Source of the DNA: Thermoproteus tenax Kra 1
Lineage (GTDB): Archaea > Thermoproteota > Thermoprotei > Thermoproteales > Thermoproteaceae
Length of the DNA stretch: 32,000 bases
Assembly: GCF_000253055.1 (NCBI RefSeq)
Contig: NC_016070.1
Coordinates: 390,001-422,000, forward strand
Reading direction: 5' to 3'
A program made the position numbers and the translations under genes. The notes under the pieces were generated by a model. It was not told the origin of the DNA and made no database searches. It saw only the letters and a list, made by a program, of their open reading frames with translations. Positions 24,763 to 32,000 of this stretch are shown piece after piece. How positions within the stretch are numbered: the first letter of the stretch is position 1; each line of letters opens with the position of its first letter.

Positions 24763-26241
24763 GTGGCCTTGGTCGCGCCTATAGAATACTCCATATTGAA
24801 GGCGGCCGTCGAGGCCAAGAGTCTGGAGTCCATAGCGGCGGAGCTCGGGACCAGAGCCGAGAACCTCATGAGGTATGTGGAGTCGCTCAGATCGAGGGGG
24901 CTCCTGTCGGTGGAGAGACGGAAGGTAGAGGTCTACGAGCTGACCGAGGAGGGGCTGAGGTACGCAAGGGAGGGGCTCCCGGAGCTGAGGGCGCTCAAAT
25001 CGGCCAGATGTGAGGAGCTGTGCGTCGTCGAGGTCCCCGATACGGCCGAGGGCAAAATAATTTTGGCCAACCTGGCCAGATACGGCTTGAGGCCCAGGGG
25101 GCAGAGGATAGAGGTGGACAGAGGGGAGCTGGAGCGCGTGATAAGGACAGTGGAGGAGAGGCAGAGGGCTCTGGAGCAGTTGGCGTCGGGGGGAGGCGCG
25201 CCAGCCGAAATCTACGCCGAATTTCTAAAGAGGAAGTTGATAAAGAAGTCTGTAAAGACTGAGATCTACATCAAGACTGTCGTTGACTTGAGCGCAGTGA
25301 GGGCGGCCCAGCTGAAGACTGTGTTGACGCCCGAGGACATAAGGACGGGAGCCTGGAGAGAGATCGCGTTGAAGCCCATCGACCTCTCCGTCGAGGTCCC
25401 GCCTGCGCCCTCTCCGGTGCCCCACTTCTTCCAAGAGTTCCTCAACTACGTCAGAGAGGTCATGGTGGGGCTGGGCTTCGAGGAGGTCAGAGGGCCCATT
25501 CTGGAATACGAGTTCTGGAACTTCGACGCACTATTTCAAGCGCAGGACCATCCGGCGAGGGAAGTCCACGATACCTTCTTTGTCAAATGGGAGGGCGAGC
25601 TGCCCGAGCCTCCCCCCAGGGAGCTGATGGAGCGCGTGGCCGCCGAGCACGAGGCCGGCTGGGGATATAAGTGGAGCCCTCAGAAGGCCCTGGGCCTCGT
25701 GATGAGGAGCCAGACTACCGCCACGACCATTAGGGCGCTCGCCGAGAGGGGCGAGGGCCAGTACAAGGTGTTCACCATCGGCAGAGTTTTCAGGCCCGAG
25801 CATATAGACGCTAAACACAACGTGGAGTTCCACCAACTCGACGGCATAGTCGTGGGCCCCGGCTTGACCTTCTCCCATCTGTTGGGCCAGCTGGAGCAGA
25901 TAGCCAAGGCGCTCGGCATGCAGGAGGTCAAGTTCAGGCCCGCCTACTTCCCCTTCACTAGCCCCTCAGTGGAGGTCTACGCGAGACACGAGAAACTCGG
26001 GTGGGTCGAGTTCGGCGGCGCGGGCATCTTTAGGCCCGAGGTCACGAGGCCTCTCGGCGTCGAGAGGAGCCGGGTATTGGCGTGGGGCTGGGGGCTGGAC
26101 AGAATCGCCATGATCCTCTTGGGCATAGACGACATACGAGATTTGTTCACTTGGGATCTGGGCAAACTACAGGAGTACTACAGACGTTGGGAGAGTTTCA
26201 AGAGGGGGGTGGGGGCCAGGGGGGTTAAGTTCACTCTGTAG
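24763..26241 (+). CDS. pheS: Phenylalanine--tRNA ligase alpha subunit (archaeal type)
   Basis: 492 aa. N-terminal wHTH repeats. Class II motifs FQAQDHPAREVHDTFF, FRPE...HQLDG, GAGIFRPEV and GWGLDRIAM. GTG start. Confidence 0.93.
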   Translation: MALVAPIEYSILKAAVEAKSLESIAAELGTRAENLMRYVESLRSRGLLSVERRKVEVYELTEEGLRYAREGLPELRALKSARCEELCVVEVPDTAEGKIILANLARYGLRPRGQRIEVDRGELERVIRTVEERQRALEQLASGGGAPAEIYAEFLKRKLIKKSVKTEIYIKTVVDLSAVRAAQLKTVLTPEDIRTGAWREIALKPIDLSVEVPPAPSPVPHFFQEFLNYVREVMVGLGFEEVRGPILEYEFWNFDALFQAQDHPAREVHDTFFVKWEGELPEPPPRELMERVAAEHEAGWGYKWSPQKALGLVMRSQTTATTIRALAERGEGQYKVFTIGRVFRPEHIDAKHNVEFHQLDGIVVGPGLTFSHLLGQLEQIAKALGMQEVKFRPAYFPFTSPSVEVYARHEKLGWVEFGGAGIFRPEVTRPLGVERSRVLAWGWGLDRIAMILLGIDDIRDLFTWDLGKLQEYYRRWESFKRGVGARGVKFTL

Positions 26242-26342
26242 ATCGGCGCTATGTAAAATTTTTACTCGCGGGCCAAGCGCTGAGATATGCCGTCTCCAAA
26301 TATAAAGTCTTAATTCTGGCGGGAGCAGAGGGCGAGAAGATC

Positions 26343-26711
26343 GTGGACTTGTTGTCTGAGGGCGACGTAGAGATTGAGACAGACGAGGGCTCGCTCGTGG
26401 TGCAGTTTCCCTCGCATAAACTGTTGGACAAAGACCCTCACGAGGCGGCCGAGTGGCTCGTCCAAATAGCGGAGGCGTCTAGGGCGCGCTTGGCTATCGT
26501 GGGAGGCGAAGGGAAGATATACGGAGCTGCTCTGCCGGCGCGCGAGGCCTCCCAAGAGCTTCTGGAGAGATTCAGAAGGGGCATTGTGAAGGTGAGGGGG
26601 GAGTATATTGGAATGTTCTCGCAAGTGCCCGTGGAAGAGCCAGCGGCCGGGCTGGGCCAAGCCCTCTCCTTCCTCAGAAACGGCAGCTTTGAGCGGGTCG
26701 TCTCTCCCTAG
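26343..26711 (+). CDS. Hypothetical protein
   Basis: 122-aa ORF with GTG start. Strong GNN/GC3 coding pattern. No motif recognised. Confidence 0.5.
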   Translation: MDLLSEGDVEIETDEGSLVVQFPSHKLLDKDPHEAAEWLVQIAEASRARLAIVGGEGKIYGAALPAREASQELLERFRRGIVKVRGEYIGMFSQVPVEEPAAGLGQALSFLRNGSFERVVSP

Positions 26712-27580
26712 CTTCTGAGGAAGTGGAGCAACGCCTCAACGATGGCGCCAGCCACATCCACTCCAGTAACTCTCTGGACGTTTTTGAACTCGGGAACTCC
26801 GTTGACCTCTAAAACCTTATACCCCTCCCTGGACTCCACTACGTCGACTCCGGCGTAGAGGGCGCCGACGGCCTCTGCGGCCTTCGCCGAGATGTCCTCT
26901 AGCTCTTGATCTATTCTGACGGGCTCGGCTCGGCCGCCTCTGGCCGTGTTGGTCCTCCAGTCGCCTGCGGCGTATCTATAGATGGCGGCCACAGCCCTTC
27001 CCTCCACGACCGTCACCCTTATGTCGCGGCCCGGCTTCTCCACATACTCTTGCACTAGGAACTCTTGCATGGAGGGCTCCAGATGCCTCTTGTGCGAGAT
27101 TATGGAGACCAGATCCTCTTGAGACTTGGCCAGATTGACCAGGCGCCCCCACGAGCCGTCCAACGGCTTGACTATGACGGGATAGCCCAGCGATTCGGCG
27201 GCCTTGAGCGCTGCGTCGAGGCCGAAGGCCAGGTAGGTCCTGGGGGTCGGGACGCCCGCCCTTCTCAGAGCTAGATAGGTCAAATATTTGTCGTGCGATA
27301 TATATAGAGAGCTTGCGGAGTTTATAGAGATGCCCCCCGAGCTCTCGTAGGTGTGCGCCAAAGGCAACACCTTGGAGCGGCCAGCCACTCTCACGAGCCC
27401 CACTCGGCCGAATCCGTCGGGCGCCGCGAGGTCTTCAACGTCCACGAGCCTTATGGGGATGTTCCTCTTCTTGAACGCGTCTATCAACAGCCTTTCGTCG
27501 AGCCTCAGAAGGTCGTAGAGCAAGTCGATTTCCCCTGCATCGCCCCTAGGCCCTTCGCCGTTTAAAAAATTATCGTCCAC
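26708..27580 (-). CDS. RimK/LysX/ArgX-family ATP-grasp ligase (amino-group carrier protein pathway)
   Basis: 290 aa. LLYD..R.DE..L...F, YPVIVKPLDGSWGR, RTNTARGG and LEVNGVPEF are typical of LysX-type ATP-grasp enzymes. It overlaps the argH 3' end by 11 nt. Confidence 0.85.
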   Translation of the reverse strand: MDDNFLNGEGPRGDAGEIDLLYDLLRLDERLLIDAFKKRNIPIRLVDVEDLAAPDGFGRVGLVRVAGRSKVLPLAHTYESSGGISINSASSLYISHDKYLTYLALRRAGVPTPRTYLAFGLDAALKAAESLGYPVIVKPLDGSWGRLVNLAKSQEDLVSIISHKRHLEPSMQEFLVQEYVEKPGRDIRVTVVEGRAVAAIYRYAAGDWRTNTARGGRAEPVRIDQELEDISAKAAEAVGALYAGVDVVESREGYKVLEVNGVPEFKNVQRVTGVDVAGAIVEALLHFLRS

Positions 27581-28859
27581 ATTTGGCCAATATCTCTTTA
27601 GCCGACTTGGCGACCTCCCCGGGGTCTGGGCCCCCGCTCACGGGCCTCCTCACGGCGTCTCTGGGATCTGGGAGCTGGGCATTCCCCTCCTTCACGGCCT
27701 GGGCCACTTGGAAGTAGGCCTCTCTGAACGGAGTGCCGGCGAGCGCGATCCTCTCGGCCAGATCGGAGGACGTGGTGGGAAACGCTGCAGCGTCGCGGTA
27801 GCTCCTCTGGCAGTCGAAATCCATCTTGGAGATGAAGTCGCTGAGCACCTCCAAGCCCTCCTCAGCGGTCTTGAACACACGCCAGAGGTGTCTGGTCGCC
27901 TCTTGGAGGTCGAGGCTGTAGCCGTAGCCGATCTTCTCTTGCACCATCATGAGGGCCAGGGCATCGGCAAGAGCCTCCGATATCCTCGCCCTCAATATCT
28001 CTAGAGTGACCGGGTTCCTCTTGTGGGGCATTATGCTGCTAGTGGAGACGTGCTCGGCGGGGGCCCTTACGTAGCCCACCAACGGGCTCGACCAAGCTAT
28101 CAAGTCGTCCACAAATCTGGAGATCTCGGCCAGAGCCGAGGCCACGGCCGATGCCGCCAGAGAGGCGAAGAATCTGCTCGAGGATGCGTACAACGTGTTG
28201 CCGGCTATTCTCCCGAAGCCGGCCAACTGGGCCAGGCGCTCTCTATCCACGGGGGCGCTCGTCCCACCGGAAGGCCCAGACCCCAACGGCGATTTGTCCG
28301 CTATCTGCCTCGCCGCGTTTAGGGCCGCGGTGAAGTCGGAGAGGAGCTCGCAGAGGGCCAACAGATAGTGGCCGAGCGTTATGGGCTGGGCGGGCTGGAA
28401 GTGTGTGAACGAGGGCATGACGCAGTCGGCGTATCTGAGAGCCTTCTCTGCAATCGCGCATGCGGCCCTCTCGGCTATAGCCGTCAGAGCGTCTATATGC
28501 CTTATGAGCCTCAGCCTGATGGCCGCTGCAACGTGGTCGTTCCTGCTCCTCCCAAGCCCTACCCATCCGCCGGCGGGCCCCACGCGCTTCATCAGATAGT
28601 CCTCCAGAGCCTCGTGCACGTCCTCGTAGCCGGGCTTGAGCAGATCCGGAGGCCTCAGCTCGTCCAAAGCCCTAAGTATTGAGTCCGCTGCGTCGCGCGG
28701 GATTAGGCCTCTCTCAGATAGGTGCGCCACGTGGGCCCTCATGACTTTCACGACCTCATCGGCTATCTCTCTGTCGTCGTCTATACTGGAGGTGTACTGA
28801 GAGACCAGATCGCTCGAGCCGCCTATCCATCTTCTATACAACGCCATGGGCGGTATCAC
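27570..28859 (-). CDS. argH: Argininosuccinate lyase
   Basis: 429 aa. GRSRNDHV and the fumarate-lyase signature SSIMPHKRNP. The likely start is ATG 28847 (MALYRRW) rather than GTG 28859. Confidence 0.92.
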   Translation of the reverse strand: MIPPMALYRRWIGGSSDLVSQYTSSIDDDREIADEVVKVMRAHVAHLSERGLIPRDAADSILRALDELRPPDLLKPGYEDVHEALEDYLMKRVGPAGGWVGLGRSRNDHVAAAIRLRLIRHIDALTAIAERAACAIAEKALRYADCVMPSFTHFQPAQPITLGHYLLALCELLSDFTAALNAARQIADKSPLGSGPSGGTSAPVDRERLAQLAGFGRIAGNTLYASSSRFFASLAASAVASALAEISRFVDDLIAWSSPLVGYVRAPAEHVSTSSIMPHKRNPVTLEILRARISEALADALALMMVQEKIGYGYSLDLQEATRHLWRVFKTAEEGLEVLSDFISKMDFDCQRSYRDAAAFPTTSSDLAERIALAGTPFREAYFQVAQAVKEGNAQLPDPRDAVRRPVSGGPDPGEVAKSAKEILAKCGR

Positions 28860-28877
28860 TGAGGTATTAATAGGGTT

Positions 28878-29981
28878 TTGAGCGAAATGTTTATATACGT
28901 CAAATGTCTTGAACGCGATGTCTCAGGGGCGAACCACAGAGGGTATCTGGTTCTCGAGGACGGCACAGTGCTGAAGGGCAGGCTGATCGGCGCCGAGCGC
29001 ACGGCAATAGGCGAGGTCGTCTTCACAACCTCCGTCGTTGGATATCCCCAGTCCATCACCGACCCGAGCTACAAGGGCCAGATCCTCGTCTTCACCCATC
29101 CCCTCATCGGCAACTACGGAGTGTCTGAGGATCAGTACGAGTCGGACAGGATACAGACAGAGGCGGTTGTCGTCTATGAGGCCACGCAGCCCAGCCACTA
29201 CAAGTCGGTCATGTCGTTGGACGAGTGGCTCAAGTCCTTCAACGTGCCCGGCATAGAGGGCGTGGACACTAGGGCGCTTGTGCTCATGCTGAGGGAGAGG
29301 GGGGTCATGATGGGGGCTGTGGGCCCAGAGCCCCCCGAGGAGCTCCTAGAGAAGGTGAAGAGGGCGCCCAGATACGACGAAGTCAACTACGCGCTAATGG
29401 TGTCCCCGAAGGAGCCCGAAGAGCTCGGGGATGGGAGAAGGTGCGTCGGCGTAGTGGACTGTGGAGTCAAGAGGAGCATTCTGAGGGAGCTAGTGAAGAG
29501 GGGGGTGAGGGTCTTGAGAGTGCCGTGCCTCCAGTGGGAGCTCGCCCTCAAGTGCGACGCCGTCCTCTTCAGCCCGGGCCCCGGCAACCCCAACCTAATG
29601 GACAAAGTGGCCGAGGGCGTGAGGGCGGCCGTGGAGATGAAGTTGCCAGTCCTCGGCATATGTCTGGGCCACCAGATAACGGCCAAGGCGCTTGGGGCCA
29701 GATTGTACAAGCTCAAGTTCGGCCACCGCGCGTCCAACAAGCCGGTCAGAGATCTGGTCTTCACGGGCAAGACCTATATAACAACTCACAACCACGGATA
29801 CGCCGTGGATCCGGCCGACAGCGGCCTCAGGCCCTGGGCCGTGCAACCGGACGATGGAACTGTGGAGGGGCTGTACCACCCGAATCTGCCCATTCTCACT
29901 ACACAGTTTCACCCGGAGGCGGGGCCCGGCCCGAAGGACACCACCTGGATCTTCGACAAATTCCTAAGATTTCTGGGCTGA
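28878..29981 (+). CDS. carA: Carbamoyl-phosphate synthase small (glutaminase) subunit
   Basis: 367 aa. LVLEDGTV..G, TDPSYKGQILVFTHPLIGNYG, catalytic GICLGHQ and HNHGYAV. The likely start is ATG 28887. Confidence 0.92.
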   Translation: MSEMFIYVKCLERDVSGANHRGYLVLEDGTVLKGRLIGAERTAIGEVVFTTSVVGYPQSITDPSYKGQILVFTHPLIGNYGVSEDQYESDRIQTEAVVVYEATQPSHYKSVMSLDEWLKSFNVPGIEGVDTRALVLMLRERGVMMGAVGPEPPEELLEKVKRAPRYDEVNYALMVSPKEPEELGDGRRCVGVVDCGVKRSILRELVKRGVRVLRVPCLQWELALKCDAVLFSPGPGNPNLMDKVAEGVRAAVEMKLPVLGICLGHQITAKALGARLYKLKFGHRASNKPVRDLVFTGKTYITTHNHGYAVDPADSGLRPWAVQPDDGTVEGLYHPNLPILTTQFHPEAGPGPKDTTWIFDKFLRFLG

Positions 29982-30263
29982 CCAGAACTTCCCGTCGCTG
30001 AGGTACCTCTTCAATGTGTCTATATCGAGGTTGCACCCGTTTTTGTTCAACCATCTCAACATCATTGAGAGGATGAGCTGTGCGTTGTGATCCCCCAGGA
30101 GCTCCCTCAGAGCTCCGTAGGTCCGCCACGGCTCCTCCAGGAGTATTTTGTCGAAGGGGTACCCGAAGGCGGCGAGGGACTTGTAGTGGATCAGAGCCCT
30201 CAGACTGAAGTCCATGGAGGAGTAGAACTTCACGAGGAGCTCTCTGGTGAGACACCCTCCCAT
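29964..30263 (-). CDS. Hypothetical helical protein
   Basis: 99-aa ORF. The A/T box AAATATAATTAAG lies about 20-29 nt upstream. Its 3' end overlaps carA by 18 nt. No motif recognised. Confidence 0.5.
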   Translation of the reverse strand: MGGCLTRELLVKFYSSMDFSLRALIHYKSLAAFGYPFDKILLEEPWRTYGALRELLGDHNAQLILSMMLRWLNKNGCNLDIDTLKRYLSDGKFWSAQKS

Positions 30264-30363
30264 GTAGGGTAGTTCGTAACTTAATTATATTTCTTACGTT
30301 ATATTTTACGGCTGTAACAGAGGATTTCCCGCAAATCGCTGTAAAAGCCCCAGCTAAAATACG

Positions 30364-30379
30364 CCCCCCCCCCCCCCCC
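30364..30379. repeat. Perfect C16 (G16 on the minus strand) homopolymer in an intergenic region
   Basis: Counted directly: acg + 16 C + g. Confidence 0.95.
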
Positions 30380-30458
30380 GATAAAGAACAGCTTACGCGT
30401 GCGCCTGCCGTAGCAACCTCCGATTATATAGTATATTAATTGGGATGTTGTATTATTC

Positions 30459-31487
30459 GTGGACTTTGCGCCCTACTTGCTTAAGGGCATGACTTTAGTA
30501 TACGGCCCGCCTGGCAGCGGCAAGACCTCCTTCGTTGTCCGCCTAGCTCTGCTTGCGAGGAAGAAAGTCCTCTGGATCTCTACATCGGACAGCGAGGAGT
30601 TCTTCAGAGCTGTCCTCAGGAGGTTGAACGCGCCGGAGGAGAAGTTCGAGTTCTACCACTTCCCGCGCGCTCTGCGCGAGAATATAACTAAATATGCGAT
30701 GGAGAAAGGCGAGGACTACGGCATGGTCGTTGTGGATCCCTTAAACGGCATTATCTCAAGGGAGGAGGATCCCACCTCCTTCGTCCACACGACGTTGTAT
30801 CAATTGTCCATGGATGTGCCCGTCGTTGTAACTCTCGAGGGAGGGCCGGGCAGACTCCCCTATATAGCCGACCACGTGGTGAAGGTCTGGTATAAAGTGA
30901 ACTCCGTGGGGCACGTCATAAGATATATACAGCTCACCAAGTCTAGGTCTGCTCCGCCGAGCCCCCGCTATCTGTTCGATATAATCGAGGGGCGCGGTCT
31001 GGCATATGTGAAGCCGGTCGAGAAGGTCCTTGCGCAGAACGAGGAATATAAAGTGGACGAGAGGCTCGGCGTGCCCGTCTTCAAGGGCGCGATGATCGGC
31101 GTCTTCTCCGACGATGAGTCCAAGGTATCCGAGAAGGTGCAGCCCTTCTTGGACGACGAAAAATCCTATCTGTTGGTTATATCGCCATTCAGCATATCCC
31201 GGAGGCTCAGAGTCCCTCCTGAGAGGGCGGTCGTGGCCGCTTCCTTCAACGACCTCATGAGGTTCTACTCCAGAGTGGTGACGGGCGAGGTGGAGCCCAG
31301 ATATTTGGTGGTCACGGGGCTCCTCCCGGTCGAGAAGCTGTCGCCTGGGGAGGCGGCCGACTATATATTGGTGTTGGGCCCCATGTCGGTTAAAGCCGAG
31401 CTGACGTTAGTGGCCGACGTGGCCAACCCGGAGGAGGTCAGAAAAAACTATGTTTATCAAGCTATGAACCAAAATATAGTGGTTTAG
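30459..31487 (+). CDS. KaiC/RecA-superfamily ATPase with a C-terminal domain lacking a P-loop
   Basis: 342 aa with GTG start. Walker A GPPGSGKTS, Walker B-like MVVVDPL, and LTKSRS...FDIIEGRGL closing the first domain. The second half (about aa 186-342) has a similar strand pattern but no GxxGxGK[TS]. Confidence 0.8.
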   Translation: MDFAPYLLKGMTLVYGPPGSGKTSFVVRLALLARKKVLWISTSDSEEFFRAVLRRLNAPEEKFEFYHFPRALRENITKYAMEKGEDYGMVVVDPLNGIISREEDPTSFVHTTLYQLSMDVPVVVTLEGGPGRLPYIADHVVKVWYKVNSVGHVIRYIQLTKSRSAPPSPRYLFDIIEGRGLAYVKPVEKVLAQNEEYKVDERLGVPVFKGAMIGVFSDDESKVSEKVQPFLDDEKSYLLVISPFSISRRLRVPPERAVVAASFNDLMRFYSRVVTGEVEPRYLVVTGLLPVEKLSPGEAADYILVLGPMSVKAELTLVADVANPEEVRKNYVYQAMNQNIVV

Positions 31488-31621
31488 AAGATTCCTCCTC
31501 CAGAGTTGGTGCCAGTGGGGCTGATAACGCCCAAGAGGGCTAGGGCGAGCGCCAGAGCGAATATGCCTCCTTCTACAAACCGCAACACTGTGACTTTCTT
31601 GTTGGCTTGGCCCGCGTTCAT
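31484..31621 (-). CDS. Candidate 45-aa single-TM protein (below the ORF-track cutoff)
   Basis: My own translation: MNAGQANKKVTVLRFVEGGIFALALALALLGVISPTGTNSGGGIF. An A/T box lies about 20 nt upstream. It overlaps the KaiC-like gene stop by 4 nt. Confidence 0.3.
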   Translation of the reverse strand: MNAGQANKKVTVLRFVEGGIFALALALALLGVISPTGTNSGGGIF

Positions 31622-31765
31622 ATCATTTCGATAAATCACTATTAAAATTTTGGTAATATCAGTATAGTAATATTATAGTTTATTATTATTTTATTACAAT
31701 ATGTTTATTGATTTCGGATTGTAGATAGAGGGGGCGTGTTTTTAAATATTGGCCGCCGAAGTCCT

Positions 31766-32000
31766 GTGGCCGAGGTGGAGCCCATAAGGGGGTCCCTCAG
31801 CGGTCTGCTCAGAGGAGTCCGCACGGCGCTCGTCGTCACCTCGGGCATCTCCCTCTACAAGTCTGTGGATCTGGCCAGGCTCCTCATCCGACACGGCGCA
31901 GAGGTGCGCGTGGTTATGTCGAGGAAGGCGGCGGAGCTCGTCAGCCCAGAGCTCTTCAGATGGGCCACGGGCGTCAGGCCTGTGGCCAAACTGACGGGGA
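31766..32000 (+). CDS. coaBC: Phosphopantothenoylcysteine decarboxylase / synthetase flavoprotein, N-terminal part (truncated by the window end)
   Basis: GTG start about 20 nt downstream of TTTTTAAATATT. ALVVTSGISLYKSVDLARLLIRHGAEVRVVMSRKAAELVSPELF matches the flavoprotein N-terminus of CoaC/Dfp. Confidence 0.75.
   Translation, partial: MAEVEPIRGSLSGLLRGVRTALVVTSGISLYKSVDLARLLIRHGAEVRVVMSRKAAELVSPELFRWATGVRPVAKLTG

Noticed and set aside
1-32000. Search for CRISPR arrays, tRNA/rRNA genes, transposases, integrases or terminal inverted repeats marking a mobile island
   Set aside because: No spaced direct-repeat array was seen, no cloverleaf-like GC-rich intergenic segment, and no recombinase-like ORF. 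The low-GC patch at 11.2-12.6 kb has no flanking repeats that I could detect.

Overview
All calls below come from reading motifs by eye. No homology search was possible.

The window looks like a compact crenarchaeal chromosome segment, Thermoproteales or Pyrobaculum-like. This is inferred from three things:
- GC-rich genes separated by short AT-rich spacers.
- A/T boxes about 20-28 nt upstream of start codons, as expected for leaderless mRNAs, with frequent GTG/TTG starts.
- Archaeal FEN-1, aEF-1beta, CDC48, A-type ATPase subunit B, archaeal PheS and a LysX-type ATP-grasp enzyme.

I support about 38 protein-coding genes. I recognised no rRNA, tRNA, CRISPR array, transposase or integrase.

**Region 0.1-8.0 kb: APS-level sulfur metabolism.** It contains aprB-aprA and sat, an HdrD-like CCG iron-sulfur protein, a divergent polytopic membrane protein, and a TusA / small protein / DsrE-like sulfur-relay set. 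No Qmo-type flavoprotein genes are visible, so the electron link to AprAB may be non-canonical.

**Region 8.0-15.0 kb: metal and envelope genes.**
- copA, with a divergent 59-aa YHS/TRASH gene that falls just under the ORF-track length cutoff.
- A pair made of a PepSY-like membrane protein and a membrane-tethered wHTH protein.
- A second DsrE-like protein.
- A very unusual Trp/Gly-rich secreted mini-protein next to a ZIP transporter.

**Region 15.0-32.0 kb: mostly housekeeping.**
- Recognised genes are fen, cdc48, EF-1beta, an S9 peptidase, speE, atpB, pheS, argH, a LysX/ArgX-family gene, carA and the start of coaBC.
- Small translationally coupled orphan genes are interspersed among them.
- An RHH gene is preceded by tandem repeats.
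- A perfect C16 tract lies upstream of a KaiC-like ATPase whose second half looks like a degenerate ATPase domain.

**Window-wide pattern.** Every convergent gene junction has 6 nt or less of spacer, and many share overlapping stop codons.
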